Source: Bacteriovoracia bacterium
GTDB taxonomy: Bacteria > Bdellovibrionota > UBA1018 > CAIPTA01
Length of the DNA: 64,000 bases
Reading direction: 5' to 3'
Assembly (NCBI GenBank): GCA_050246755.1
Contig: JBFWVL010000001.1
Coordinates: forward strand, 1-64,000
In this document: one piece after another, positions 39,777-49,534 of the stretch
Position numbering within the stretch: position 1 is the first letter of the stretch
Layout of the letters: the number at the start of each line of letters is the position of its first letter
Program-made: the position numbers and the translations under genes
The notes under the pieces: generated by a model
Databases searched by the model: none
What the model was told of the DNA's origin: nothing
What the model saw: the letters and a program-made list of their open reading frames with translations, nothing else

Positions 39777-40703
39777 CTACTTCAACTTTGGATCCAGGGC
39801 ATCGCGGAGAGCATCGATGAGGATGTTCAGCGCCAATACCACGATCAGCATGGCGCCCGAGGCGGCGGCTAGCTGCCACCAAACGCCCCGCGCAAGCTCC
39901 AGCTTCGCTTCGTCAATCATCGTACCCCAGCTCGGCACGCCCTGCACGCCCATGCCCAAATACGAGAGAATTACTTCCGTTTTGATGGCGGCCACGAACA
40001 GGAAAGAGAAGTTGATGATGATCAAGTGGCTCACGTTGGGAAGGATATGGATGAAAATCCGGCGGGAATTGCCGGCGCCGAGGCTGCGCGCCGCCTGCAC
40101 GTATTCCCGTTCTTTATGCTTCATGAACTCGCCCCGGATCAAGCGGCATACGCCCGGCCAGCTAGTGGTGCCGAGCACAAGGCAGATAATGGCGAGCCCC
40201 TTCCCCAATACGAAGGACATCGAGAGGATGAGGAGGATCGAAGGGATATTGGAAATCGTGGTGTAGAACCAGGTAATGAGCTCGTCCACCCATTTTCCAA
40301 AGTAGCCGGCCAGGGCGCCGAGACTGACCCCGATCGGAATCGAAATCAGGGCCGAAGCGAAACCTACCGTCATGGAAATATAGCAGCCGTATACGGTCTT
40401 GAGCAGAACGGAGCGGCCGAAGATATCGGCGCCGAACCAAAGCTCCCAGCGCTCGAGGCTCGGTGGCTGGTATTCTATGCCGACGGTCTGGCCCCACTTC
40501 GTGGCAATCAAATTCAACGCCACCAAAATAGCCACCACGGCGTAGAAGATAACGATCCCGAGGCAAACCATGGCGAGCCGGTCGCGGCGCATGCGCATCC
40601 AGGCGTCGGCCCATAGGGAACGTCCCTTCGCCACCTTCGGGCGCGGCATCTCCAGCGGGGTGCCGAGGGTATGAGTCTGAATAGAGGGTTCGATCTTGCT
40701 CAT
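39777..40703 (-). CDS. oppC: oligopeptide ABC transporter permease
   Basis: [19 protein letters not shown] (EAA loop), [10 protein letters not shown]. Confidence 0.9.
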   Translation of the reverse strand: MSKIEPSIQTHTLGTPLEMPRPKVAKGRSLWADAWMRMRRDRLAMVCLGIVIFYAVVAILVALNLIATKWGQTVGIEYQPPSLERWELWFGADIFGRSVLLKTVYGCYISMTVGFASALISIPIGVSLGALAGYFGKWVDELITWFYTTISNIPSILLILSMSFVLGKGLAIICLVLGTTSWPGVCRLIRGEFMKHKEREYVQAARSLGAGNSRRIFIHILPNVSHLIIINFSFLFVAAIKTEVILSYLGMGVQGVPSWGTMIDEAKLELARGVWWQLAAASGAMLIVVLALNILIDALRDALDPKLK

Positions 40704-40713
40704 AGTAAGCGCC

Positions 40714-41649
40714 CTAGCCCAGCGAAACCCGTGGATCCACTAAGGAGTAGAGGATATCGGTCAGGAGGTTAAACACCATATACAACAAAGAGAAGATCAC
40801 CACGTTGGCCTTGATCACCGGAAAATCGGCGTTGTTTAGGGCGTCGATGAGCTGGAAGCCCATGCCGGGGATCGCAAAAAAACTTTCGATGATCAGGGAG
40901 CCGACGATCAGGAAAGGAATCTCGATCACGATGTTCGTGATGATCGGGATCATGGCGTTCTTGAGCACGTGCTTGAACATCACCACGCGTTCGCTGAGTC
41001 CCTTGGCGCGGGCGGTGCGGATATAATCCTGGCTAATTTCGTCGAGCATCACGGTGCGGTAGAAGCGAAGCTCGTTCCCGATCGTGAGGAAGAGCAAAAT
41101 AATCACGGGCAGCGCGATATAGGTGACCACTTCGGGGAAACCGAAAGAAAAGCCGGATATGGGAAATAATTCCCATTTATAGGCCAGGTAGTACTGGCCG
41201 AAAAGCACGTAGGCCAGCGAGGGCACCGAGATCAGCAGCACGCTCGCCACCACGAGGCCACGGTCCACCCAGGTGCCGCGCCAGAAGGCCACGAAGAGCG
41301 ACATCGAGATCGCCAGGCAGATCGAGATCACGAACGCGGGCATGGCCACCACGAAGGACACCGGCGCGGCTTCGCGGATCATCTGAAATACTTCGCGCTT
41401 GGACGAATAAGAGCGGCCGAAATCGAAATGGATGATCTGGTTCACGAACTCGAGGTACTGGCGCCAGAGCGGCTGATCGAGGCCTAGCTCATGGCGGAGG
41501 CTTGCGATGGATTCCGGCGTGGCGTGCTTGCCCACCATCAGCAGCACGGGATCGCCCCCCGCCACGTTAAACAGCAGAAAGGTAACGAGCGTGATCCCGA
41601 AAAGAATCGGGATCATGTAGATCACACGGCGAACAATGTAGCTCAGCAT
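40714..41649 (-). CDS. oppB: oligopeptide ABC transporter permease
   Basis: LGLDQPLWRQY, DYIRTARAKGL, DILYSLVDPR. Confidence 0.92.
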   Translation of the reverse strand: MLSYIVRRVIYMIPILFGITLVTFLLFNVAGGDPVLLMVGKHATPESIASLRHELGLDQPLWRQYLEFVNQIIHFDFGRSYSSKREVFQMIREAAPVSFVVAMPAFVISICLAISMSLFVAFWRGTWVDRGLVVASVLLISVPSLAYVLFGQYYLAYKWELFPISGFSFGFPEVVTYIALPVIILLFLTIGNELRFYRTVMLDEISQDYIRTARAKGLSERVVMFKHVLKNAMIPIITNIVIEIPFLIVGSLIIESFFAIPGMGFQLIDALNNADFPVIKANVVIFSLLYMVFNLLTDILYSLVDPRVSLG

Positions 41650-41655
41650 AGAAGC

Positions 41656-43452
41656 TTACTTTCCGTATTTTTTCTTCGTCTCAAGATCCACGCGCAGGTA
41701 CTTGGCGCGGTTATAGGCGAATTCGTCGTACTTGGAGTTCAGGATCCAAGGCTGGCGCAGCGAAACCACGAGGCGGTGCAAACCAAGGATCACCGGGCAA
41801 TCTTCGGCTACCATGCGCCCTAGTTTTTTATAGAGCTCGGTGCGGGCCGGGCTGTCCTGCATGGCACGCGCCTTCACGAAGAGGGCGTCGAACTCTTTAT
41901 TCTTATAGTAGGAGCTGTTCATGCCCCCGGGCTGGGCGTTCGGGCCGTAGAAAAGCTGGAGGAAGTTCTCGGCGTCGGGATAATCGGCACCCCACGCGAT
42001 CCCCCAAAGCTGGGCCTGGCGGTTCTGGATGCGCTGGAGCATGGCGGGCCAAGTATTGGCCACGAGCTTGAGCTTGATGCCCAGGCGGCCCACCTGCTTG
42101 GAGAAATACTCGAACATCTGGCGGCTGGTAGCGTCGGCGATGGAATCGTAGGGAATCTCGGGGAAACCCTTCCCTTCCGGGTAACCGGCATCGGCCAATA
42201 GCTTCTTGGCCAATTCCAAATTGCCGGTGCGGTAAGGGTTCTTGAATCCGGGATCGTAGCCGTTCACGCCGGGAGGAACCGGGGTCTGGGATTCGGTGGC
42301 CATGCCGTTGAAGAAAGTTTGGATGGCTTCTTTTTCTTCGAGGGCGAGCGAGATCGCCTGGCGCACGCGCTTGTCCTTGAACTGGGGAATCTCGGTGGAT
42401 TCCATATTGAACGCCGTATAGGTGAAATCCATCGCCACGGCCGTATTGAGCTCCGCTCCCTTGGCGGCGAGCTCGTCGGAAAGCTTCATATTATCGAGCG
42501 CGATCGGTTTGGACGGATCTTTCGGCAGAATGGCGGTCTTGAAATTATCTTTGGGCACGCCACCGATATCGATATCGCCCTTCATGAAATGCAGCCAGCG
42601 CGGCTGGTCTTCGGTGATCACGCGCACGTTGATCCCGTCGGCGAAGGGAATTTTTTTGCCGGCATCGGCAAGCAAGCCCGCCTCCTTGTCTCCCGCTTCC
42701 CCTTCGGAAGGATAGACGGCTTCCCAGTAGTTGGGGTTCTTTTTGTAGACGAGGATCTCATTGGGCTTATAGGTTTCGAGCACGAAGGGGCCGGTGCCCA
42801 CGGCGTGGTTGATGATCTCGGCGCCGTATTTATCCACCGCTTCTTTGGCTACCACCACGGTATAGGGCATGGCGAGCGCGTAAAGCAGCTGCGGGTATGG
42901 GCCCTTGAGCTCGATCTGCAGGGTATAGTCGTCGAGGGCTTTCAGGCCTTCGATCGGATCGTCGTAGTTGGCGGCGGTTCCCGCTTTTGCGAGCTTATCG
43001 TGCCATTCGTCGAGGCCTTTGATGCGGTTCTCGAAGAGCCACCAGCCCGTGGACTGCACTTTTGGATCGGCGAGGCGCTTGAAGCTATAAACGAAATCAC
43101 TGGCCTTTACTTCGCGGCCCTTGCCGTTGGGGAAAGCGGCATCATCGTGAAACAGCACGCCCTTTTTGATCTTGAAGGTATAGACGAGGCCGTTTTTCGC
43201 GATCACCGGCATCGACTCGGCCAGCAAAGGCTCGAGCACGTAGGGGCGCTTCAAGGGGTGATATTGAACCAGGCCTTCGAATACGCGCATGATCTCGAGC
43301 GAGGAATATTGGTCCTGGGCTCCGGCCGGATCCATGCCTTTGATTTTTTGCGGGTTCACGAGGTTAAGGAAATTAGGATTCTCCACGCCTTTTTTGGTGC
43401 AGGCAGTGAGAGCAACGGCAACGGTGAGCAGCAAAGGCAGCAACTTACGCAC
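41656..43452 (-). CDS. oppA: oligopeptide ABC transporter substrate-binding lipoprotein
   Basis: LTAC lipobox (probable GTG start 43452); VGTGPF, WGADYPDAENFL family-5 SBP motifs. Confidence 0.88.
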   Translation of the reverse strand: MRKLLPLLLTVAVALTACTKKGVENPNFLNLVNPQKIKGMDPAGAQDQYSSLEIMRVFEGLVQYHPLKRPYVLEPLLAESMPVIAKNGLVYTFKIKKGVLFHDDAAFPNGKGREVKASDFVYSFKRLADPKVQSTGWWLFENRIKGLDEWHDKLAKAGTAANYDDPIEGLKALDDYTLQIELKGPYPQLLYALAMPYTVVVAKEAVDKYGAEIINHAVGTGPFVLETYKPNEILVYKKNPNYWEAVYPSEGEAGDKEAGLLADAGKKIPFADGINVRVITEDQPRWLHFMKGDIDIGGVPKDNFKTAILPKDPSKPIALDNMKLSDELAAKGAELNTAVAMDFTYTAFNMESTEIPQFKDKRVRQAISLALEEKEAIQTFFNGMATESQTPVPPGVNGYDPGFKNPYRTGNLELAKKLLADAGYPEGKGFPEIPYDSIADATSRQMFEYFSKQVGRLGIKLKLVANTWPAMLQRIQNRQAQLWGIAWGADYPDAENFLQLFYGPNAQPGGMNSSYYKNKEFDALFVKARAMQDSPARTELYKKLGRMVAEDCPVILGLHRLVVSLRQPWILNSKYDEFAYNRAKYLRVDLETKKKYGK

Positions 43453-43533
43453 GGAGAACCCCTTCCGAAAACGAGATGGTAATGACACGCACGCTCAACG
43501 CGAACGCGCAAAAAACCTAACCGAACTCGAAAA

Positions 43534-44322
43534 TCAGTGCAAGGCTTTTATCTTTCGCCCAAACAGCTGCTGTTGCGGGATTTGAAACAGTTTTTTCTCT
43601 TGCGGAACGAATGGTTGCCAATCTCTCCAGGCAAAGCTGGCGGTCTCCGAAAATCCTTCCGAATTGGCGTGCGTCAGAGATATTTTTTGCGGAAAAGATA
43701 CTCCCGCGCGCGCTTGGTAGTCTTCATAACGGAAGGTGCTTACCGTTCCGTTGGCGTGGCCCGAAACCCATTCTTCCGGTTCCCGCAGCCGATCGCTCCA
43801 ACGCACCTCAGCGGGCCTCACGGCCCCTAGATCGGGCGCCACCCGTGGCTTGGCGCTATGCCCCTCAATCACAGGATTCCTCCATTCCTCGAGCGGCGGG
43901 CGCGCCAAAAAGGCCCGCACAAACTCTTTGCCTTGGCTGATCAGGCCTAAGCCCGCGGGTAAGCGGGACAAAGGACCGGTTAGGATATCGGGCAAGGATT
44001 TTTGGTAGAGCCAAAACTGGGTTCCATTCACCACGAATAAAGCCAAGGTGGAGCCCACGGGGTCCTGGATCTCGAGCCTTACCTTATCCGGCCACTGCAC
44101 CAGCATCACGGCCGGCGCCGTTACGTGCTCCCCTTTTATTTTAGCGGTAACGAAGAGCGTGCCCGAAATCTCTTGGCGGCTCTTTAGATGGGCGATCACC
44201 GAATCGAGCTCGGCCTGGGCGGCGGCGGGATCTTGTTTGACGGAAGTAGTGGCGCACCCCCAGGTAAGGAACGCGCCCAGGAAAACGCTAACGAGAAGCG
44301 GGCTTACGCAGCGAAGCGGCAC
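43534..44322 (-). CDS. LolB/DUF4292-like lipoprotein
   Basis: TWGC lipobox; DKVRLEIQDPVG; follows the TPR lipoprotein; start uncertain. Confidence 0.6.
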   Translation of the reverse strand: MPLRCVSPLLVSVFLGAFLTWGCATTSVKQDPAAAQAELDSVIAHLKSRQEISGTLFVTAKIKGEHVTAPAVMLVQWPDKVRLEIQDPVGSTLALFVVNGTQFWLYQKSLPDILTGPLSRLPAGLGLISQGKEFVRAFLARPPLEEWRNPVIEGHSAKPRVAPDLGAVRPAEVRWSDRLREPEEWVSGHANGTVSTFRYEDYQARAGVSFPQKISLTHANSEGFSETASFAWRDWQPFVPQEKKLFQIPQQQLFGRKIKALH

Positions 44323-46177
44323 CGCGGGCCGGACGTTTCTGTTCCAGGGTATTAACCGCGATGGCTTGAACCAAGTTCTTAAGCTTTTGCTCCACACGAG
44401 CCACGAACTCCTTCTCGCCTCCGGCCTTCAAGGCTTGCTGGTACACAGCCAAAGCTTTTTTCGGCATATTGAGCGCGGTGTAAACGTCGGCAAGGTGCTC
44501 GCCGATCACGCCCTCATCCATCCGCAGCGCGAAGGCTTTTTCGAGCTGTTTCATGGCCGCCTGAGACTTGCCCTGACGATAGAGCAGCCAGCCATAGCTG
44601 TCGAGCACAAAGGCGTCGCCCGGCTTGAGCGCAACGGCGCGCGAAAGGTAGTCCTCGGCCCGGTTCAGGTCTTTATTTTGTTCGAGCAGGGTATAGCCCA
44701 CGAAGTTAAGGGCATTGGGATTATTCGGATTCTGCCCTAGGAGACGCTCCATCGTGGCCACGCCTTTATCCTTGTCGCCTAGGCGATCGTAGAGGAAGCC
44801 GAGGTAATAAAGGATCGCTTCGTCGTTGGGAAATAGGCGCTCGCCCCGCTCTAAGGCGAATCTGGCTTCGGTAAGCTTCAGCTGGTCTTCATAAACGGCG
44901 GCGAGGGCCGGATAGAACGCCACCAGGTCGGGGCGTTTCTTGATCGCGTTCTGCATGAAATCCACGGCCTGATCATATTGCTTGTTGGCGCGCTGGAGGG
45001 CCACTACGCGGAATACCATCTGGTCGTATTTGGCGTAGTCCGGGCTGATCTGGCTGTAATAATTTAGCGCGGAGGAAATATCGCCGGTCTCGAAGGCCAG
45101 CTCGCCGAGGTAATAGGTAATTTCGTTGGAAGCCGGGAAACGGTCGTGCAGGTCGGAAAGCAATAGGCGGGCTTTGCCGGTCCATTTCAGCTGCCAGTAA
45201 ACCAGCGCAAGGCGCAGTTTTACGTTCTCGTTGGCGGGATCTTCTTCCACAAGGGTCTCGAGGAATACCACTGCCCCCTTGAAATCGGAGGAACCGAGGT
45301 AGATATCGGCCAGACGCTCGGCTAAATCCGCGCTGCGGCCTTCGGCAAACGCCTCTTCCAGCGAGGCTTTTGCCTTGGCGGGATTTTTCATCTCCACGTA
45401 GATGTCCGCGAGGGCGATCGCGGCTTTGGAGAAGGCGGGGCGGTGCTTCAGAGCGGACTCGAAAGCCTGGATCGCGTGGCTGCGCTGCCCGGCTTGGTCG
45501 TATACTTTGGCCAAGTAATAGTAGGCCACGGCACGGTCGATATTGCTTTCGGCGGAATCTTTCAGCTTCACGAGCTTCTCGAGGGCCACTACGCCCTCTT
45601 TTACTTTGCCTACTTCGGCGAGGGTTACCCCGAAATAAAGTAGCGCGTCGCGGTTCTGAGGATCGATCTTCAAAGCCTGGCGATACGTGGCAAGGGCCGC
45701 TTCGTATTCTTTCGCGGCCACCTGAATCCCGGCGAGCAGGAGGTAGCTATCCACGTATTTCGGATCGAGCTTAAGGGCTTCTTCGCAGAGGGTTTTGGCC
45801 TCGGCGAAGCTACCCAGCTTCACGAGTTCTGCAGCTAAACGGGCGCGCACCAAAGCCGACTTGGGGTCATGCACCAGCGTGGCCCGGTAGGCCTCGATCG
45901 AGCGCTGGGGATCGTTATCGAGGGAATAGGCTTGGCCCATGGAAAAATAGAAAACGGCGGCGTCTTCGGGATTCGTGGGCACGGCGAGCGCTCCCGAATC
46001 TTTTTGGCGCCCGAGAGGAGAATCTTCGGGAGAAAGCTGCAGCACGGTGGCTTCTTTTTGGCCTAGTTCCGACTGCAGGCGAACCACTTTTCCCTGGGGA
46101 TGCGTGGTGGCGCAGCCCAGAAGACCGAGAGAAAAGAAGATTGAGAGTAGCAGCCGGAAGCTGAAGAGTCTTTCCAT
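44288..46177 (-). CDS. TPR-repeat lipoprotein
   Basis: LLGC lipobox; many TPRs; ALNFVGY...LDSYGWLLY. Confidence 0.88.
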   Translation of the reverse strand: MERLFSFRLLLSIFFSLGLLGCATTHPQGKVVRLQSELGQKEATVLQLSPEDSPLGRQKDSGALAVPTNPEDAAVFYFSMGQAYSLDNDPQRSIEAYRATLVHDPKSALVRARLAAELVKLGSFAEAKTLCEEALKLDPKYVDSYLLLAGIQVAAKEYEAALATYRQALKIDPQNRDALLYFGVTLAEVGKVKEGVVALEKLVKLKDSAESNIDRAVAYYYLAKVYDQAGQRSHAIQAFESALKHRPAFSKAAIALADIYVEMKNPAKAKASLEEAFAEGRSADLAERLADIYLGSSDFKGAVVFLETLVEEDPANENVKLRLALVYWQLKWTGKARLLLSDLHDRFPASNEITYYLGELAFETGDISSALNYYSQISPDYAKYDQMVFRVVALQRANKQYDQAVDFMQNAIKKRPDLVAFYPALAAVYEDQLKLTEARFALERGERLFPNDEAILYYLGFLYDRLGDKDKGVATMERLLGQNPNNPNALNFVGYTLLEQNKDLNRAEDYLSRAVALKPGDAFVLDSYGWLLYRQGKSQAAMKQLEKAFALRMDEGVIGEHLADVYTALNMPKKALAVYQQALKAGGEKEFVARVEQKLKNLVQAIAVNTLEQKRPARGAASLRKPASR

Positions 46178-46607
46178 AGAGACTCTTCGGGACGGTGGGG
46201 GTCCGCCTTAAGGCGAAGGTGCAAAAAAGGTAGACATTTTAGAGAAAAGGCGAAAAAAACGGTCAATAATAACTAACTAAAATGGTCTTTATTGTAGAAT
46301 CCACCCCATTTTTTTCCAATCCTTCCCGAGCAATCTTCTTTTTTTTGCAGAGTCCTATTTCGGCCTTGTCAGCCCACGCTCGCCGCATTATCTAACCTCC
46401 TTCGGACAATTCAAGATGACGCGACCGAATGAAGTTTAACTTGACAGTAATTCGACGCAGTTGGTAGTGGCTAGTACTGCTTAAAACGACTGCTAAACGC
46501 AACGGGAGTTAGCAACTCATAGCGGACCACGACGATAGGCTCCAACGGGCCTCGTCAAAGGGAAGCGTGAAGCAAATTACCGGATGCCAATTGAGGTGGG
46601 GAGATTC

Positions 46608-46976
46608 ATGACCGAAGTAAAAGTAATCAAGCGCTATCAGAACCGTAAACTCTATGACACGCACCAGAGCTGCTATGTGACGCTGGAAGAAATCTCCCAG
46701 ATGATCAAAAACGGCGATGACCTCCGTGTGATTGACAACAAAACCAAGAACGACATCACGCAAGCTACCTTGACGCAGCTCCTCTACGAGACCGAGCGCA
46801 AGACTTCTGCTCCCGTGCCGGTAGAACTTTTGAAAGAAATCATCCGCAAAGGCGATGGCTCTTTCTCTGGCTTCATCCGCAACAACATGAAGGGCGACCT
46901 CTCCCGTTTCGAAAGCGAAACGTCGAGCAGAAGCGTTCCTGCTTCCAGCGAACTCGCTGAAGCCATTACTCAGTAG
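46608..46976 (+). CDS. PhaR-like DNA-binding protein (PHB accumulation regulator N-domain)
   Basis: IKRYQNRKLYDT...YVTLEEI...DIT motif. Confidence 0.85.
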   Translation: MTEVKVIKRYQNRKLYDTHQSCYVTLEEISQMIKNGDDLRVIDNKTKNDITQATLTQLLYETERKTSAPVPVELLKEIIRKGDGSFSGFIRNNMKGDLSRFESETSSRSVPASSELAEAITQ

Positions 46977-47067
46977 TCTTTAGGCGCATAGAGCGTACAC
47001 TCTGCCGTTTGCGGCGAACACGCTCTTGCTCTATCGCCGAACAAACCCGCCATGGTAAACTAAGGGC

Positions 47068-47622
47068 ATGAAAGCTCTTATTCTCCTCGGGTTGTTCGGC
47101 TTTTTTATTTCTTTTTCCGCGCAGGCCGCCGATGGCGACCAAGCCGCCGGCTTAATTGTCGGCCAGGTTTGGACCTCCGGAGAAATCGGCAAAGACGTGG
47201 ACGGTGCCGTAGCGCCGGGAATTTTCTACGAATACGGCGCGAGCGATATTTTTTCGCTCTATGTTTCCGCCGTCACCAGCAAACACAACGACGACAAGCT
47301 CAAACTCACCTCCACCAATTTAGGCATGAAGGCTAACTTGTTTTTCCTCGATAAGCTTTCTCCCTACGCACTCGTGGGCGCGGGACTTTACTTCGTGAAA
47401 CGCCAAGTAGGCCCACCGAATTTAGAAATCGCGAAGAAAACTGTTTTTGGCCTCAACCTCGGGCTCGGCGCCGAGCTTGATCTTTCGCAACGATTCTTCG
47501 TGGCCCTCGAATTCGACATCCACAATCTCTTCTCGGGAAACGTGACCCTCCCCGCTCACGGCCGCACCGAAATTTCGGGCCGCTGGACTGGTTTCTTCCT
47601 CAAGGGCGGAGTACGCTTTTGA
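47068..47622 (+). CDS. outer membrane beta-barrel protein (OmpA/OmpW-like)
   Basis: Signal peptide; SPYALVGAG; C-terminal GVRF. Confidence 0.85.
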   Translation: MKALILLGLFGFFISFSAQAADGDQAAGLIVGQVWTSGEIGKDVDGAVAPGIFYEYGASDIFSLYVSAVTSKHNDDKLKLTSTNLGMKANLFFLDKLSPYALVGAGLYFVKRQVGPPNLEIAKKTVFGLNLGLGAELDLSQRFFVALEFDIHNLFSGNVTLPAHGRTEISGRWTGFFLKGGVRF

Positions 47623-47625
47623 GCT

Positions 47626-48546
47626 ATGAAAACTTCTTTACTGATCGTTCTAGCGGCCCTTACCTGCGCTCCCTTCGCTAAGGCTGAAGATTCAGATCTC
47701 CCTCCGCCGAATATTCCGGGCTATAAGCCCACGCCACGCTCCCAGCCCCAACAGCCGGCCGACAAGAAGACGCTCTGGTTCCGCGACGCCGGCGAATACC
47801 TGAGTTACCGTTCGGTGCGTATGGGAGTGCCTACCGAGCCCTCCACCAAACTGATCACCGACGGCAAAAGATTCGACGCCGCCATGGGCAAGAGAATCTC
47901 AGTCCATAACTGGAGCGAAAAAAGCGCCACCGAAACCTGGGCAGTGGGCATCGACGGCGGGATGCTCGCTTCTCTCACGCGCTACAAGAAAAATGGCCAG
48001 CTCACCTTCGCCACCAATACCTTCGACGGATTCTTCGGCGCCTACCTAGGCTATATCGGCGGCGGCTGGCTAGGCTTATTCCGCTATGGCCACCTATCGG
48101 CCCACCTCGTGGACTCTAATCCCGACATTCTTTCGCCCGTTATCTATAGCCAGTTCTGGAGCGAGTTCATCGTGGGGAAAACTTTCCCTGATCCCACCGA
48201 GCTGAGCGACTGGGAAGTTCATCTACAGGGCTCCGCCGGATTCAATAATACGAGCGCCCCTAAAGCCAAGCAGCCGCGCGCTTCCTTCGGCACCACCGTA
48301 AGCTGGTCTCCGGGCGGCCCAGATTCTATGGCCATCATCGCGAGCGCGGATGCGCTAAGAGCCGGCGTCACCGGCCAAAAAAATTCCTACGCTTTCTTTA
48401 CGGGGATCGGCTCGCTCAACCGCCCGAACTCCACCCACCGTCCCTACCGCGTGGGCCTCGGCCATTACCTTGGGTCGGACTACCGCAATCAGTACTACGC
48501 GCAACGGCAGCGGTGGACGACGTTTGAAATCTCCACGGAATTCTAA
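47626..48546 (+). CDS. outer membrane protein (DUF1207-like)
   Basis: Signal peptide; HLSAHLVD motif; terminal Phe. Confidence 0.6.
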   Translation: MKTSLLIVLAALTCAPFAKAEDSDLPPPNIPGYKPTPRSQPQQPADKKTLWFRDAGEYLSYRSVRMGVPTEPSTKLITDGKRFDAAMGKRISVHNWSEKSATETWAVGIDGGMLASLTRYKKNGQLTFATNTFDGFFGAYLGYIGGGWLGLFRYGHLSAHLVDSNPDILSPVIYSQFWSEFIVGKTFPDPTELSDWEVHLQGSAGFNNTSAPKAKQPRASFGTTVSWSPGGPDSMAIIASADALRAGVTGQKNSYAFFTGIGSLNRPNSTHRPYRVGLGHYLGSDYRNQYYAQRQRWTTFEISTEF

Positions 48547-49534
48547 CAAACTGGCCTACTTGATTGTTGTTTTCAGGGCCGCTCGTTTAGGGATTTCCCT
48601 GCTCTCAAACCAAGTTTTCGTTATGAAAATGCGCGTAGAGCACGAGATGCGCATAAAGGCGGTCGGCTTGCTTCGTCGTGCACCAGGTTTTGCGGATTAA
48701 GCGATTCACATTGGCGCGAAACATCGCGCAGGTATGGTTAAGGCTAAAGAGGGGATCAAAGACGACCTTCTTTAATTCTCCCTGGCCAGTAATTGCCCCT
48801 CGTTTTCCCTTAAACGGCAGGTGCTGCGCATGGGGGAAGTATCTTTTTACATCCTTTGGGTAATGAGGATTACTGTCGGACTTGATAATTGCGTTCTCTT
48901 CAATGAAGGGAAGGATCTTTTGAAACAGCTTTCGTCTTCCTTCTCTCCGAAAATCTGGCCGGTAGCCATATTTTATATTCGCCTTCTTGGTCAATAAGCC
49001 CTTGGCCGGCATCACGCTGACTTCTAGCCCCAGAATCCTTCTCGTCCCAGTTTCCACCGCCAAAGTGATGGAGAGGGGTTTACATTTGCTGTGCTCAAAG
49101 GTTTCAAGATCATCGAACTCGATCGTAGTGGCTTTTTTCTTTTCGTAGTTATTGTGCACCAAAAGAAATTCAGACTTCAACGATAGGAAATAGAACTTCC
49201 GCGCGACCGTTAGCCTGGTTAAACACAGGATTTTAGCCGCTCTTCTTTGCGAGACGGCCGAAGAGAGAAGCTTTCTTAGGGTTTCATTCTTGTGGCGCTT
49301 CTTCTGGCGGTAACATTCCTGGTAAGTGGCCCTCGAGAAGGCTTTCTTGCAGCCTATACAGCGGAACCTTTGGATCCAAGTGGAGTCCGATGTTCGATAA
49401 TAGACGCCGTAGCGTACGATTCCACTACGGGGAAGCCTCTCTATCTCACATTTAGGGCACTCTGGGCGATGCATGCACCCGGCAAAAGCAAGTTCCTGGC
49501 CAATGAAAAATCAACAATCAAGTGGGCCAGTTTG
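48547..49534 (-). mobile_element. insertion sequence (IS1/IS1595-like), putative autonomous partner of the MITEs
   Basis: TIR CAAACTGGCC(T/C)ACTTGATTGTTG (22/23); CTAA flanks both sides (48543-48546, 49535-49538); single transposase ORF. Confidence 0.85.
48605..49474 (-). CDS. transposase (Zn ribbon - HTH - RNase H-like core)
   Basis: CPKC...CIGC; SQRRAAKILCLTRLTVARK HTH; IEFDD and IKSD acidic motifs. Confidence 0.8.
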   Translation of the reverse strand: MHRPECPKCEIERLPRSGIVRYGVYYRTSDSTWIQRFRCIGCKKAFSRATYQECYRQKKRHKNETLRKLLSSAVSQRRAAKILCLTRLTVARKFYFLSLKSEFLLVHNNYEKKKATTIEFDDLETFEHSKCKPLSITLAVETGTRRILGLEVSVMPAKGLLTKKANIKYGYRPDFRREGRRKLFQKILPFIEENAIIKSDSNPHYPKDVKRYFPHAQHLPFKGKRGAITGQGELKKVVFDPLFSLNHTCAMFRANVNRLIRKTWCTTKQADRLYAHLVLYAHFHNENLV

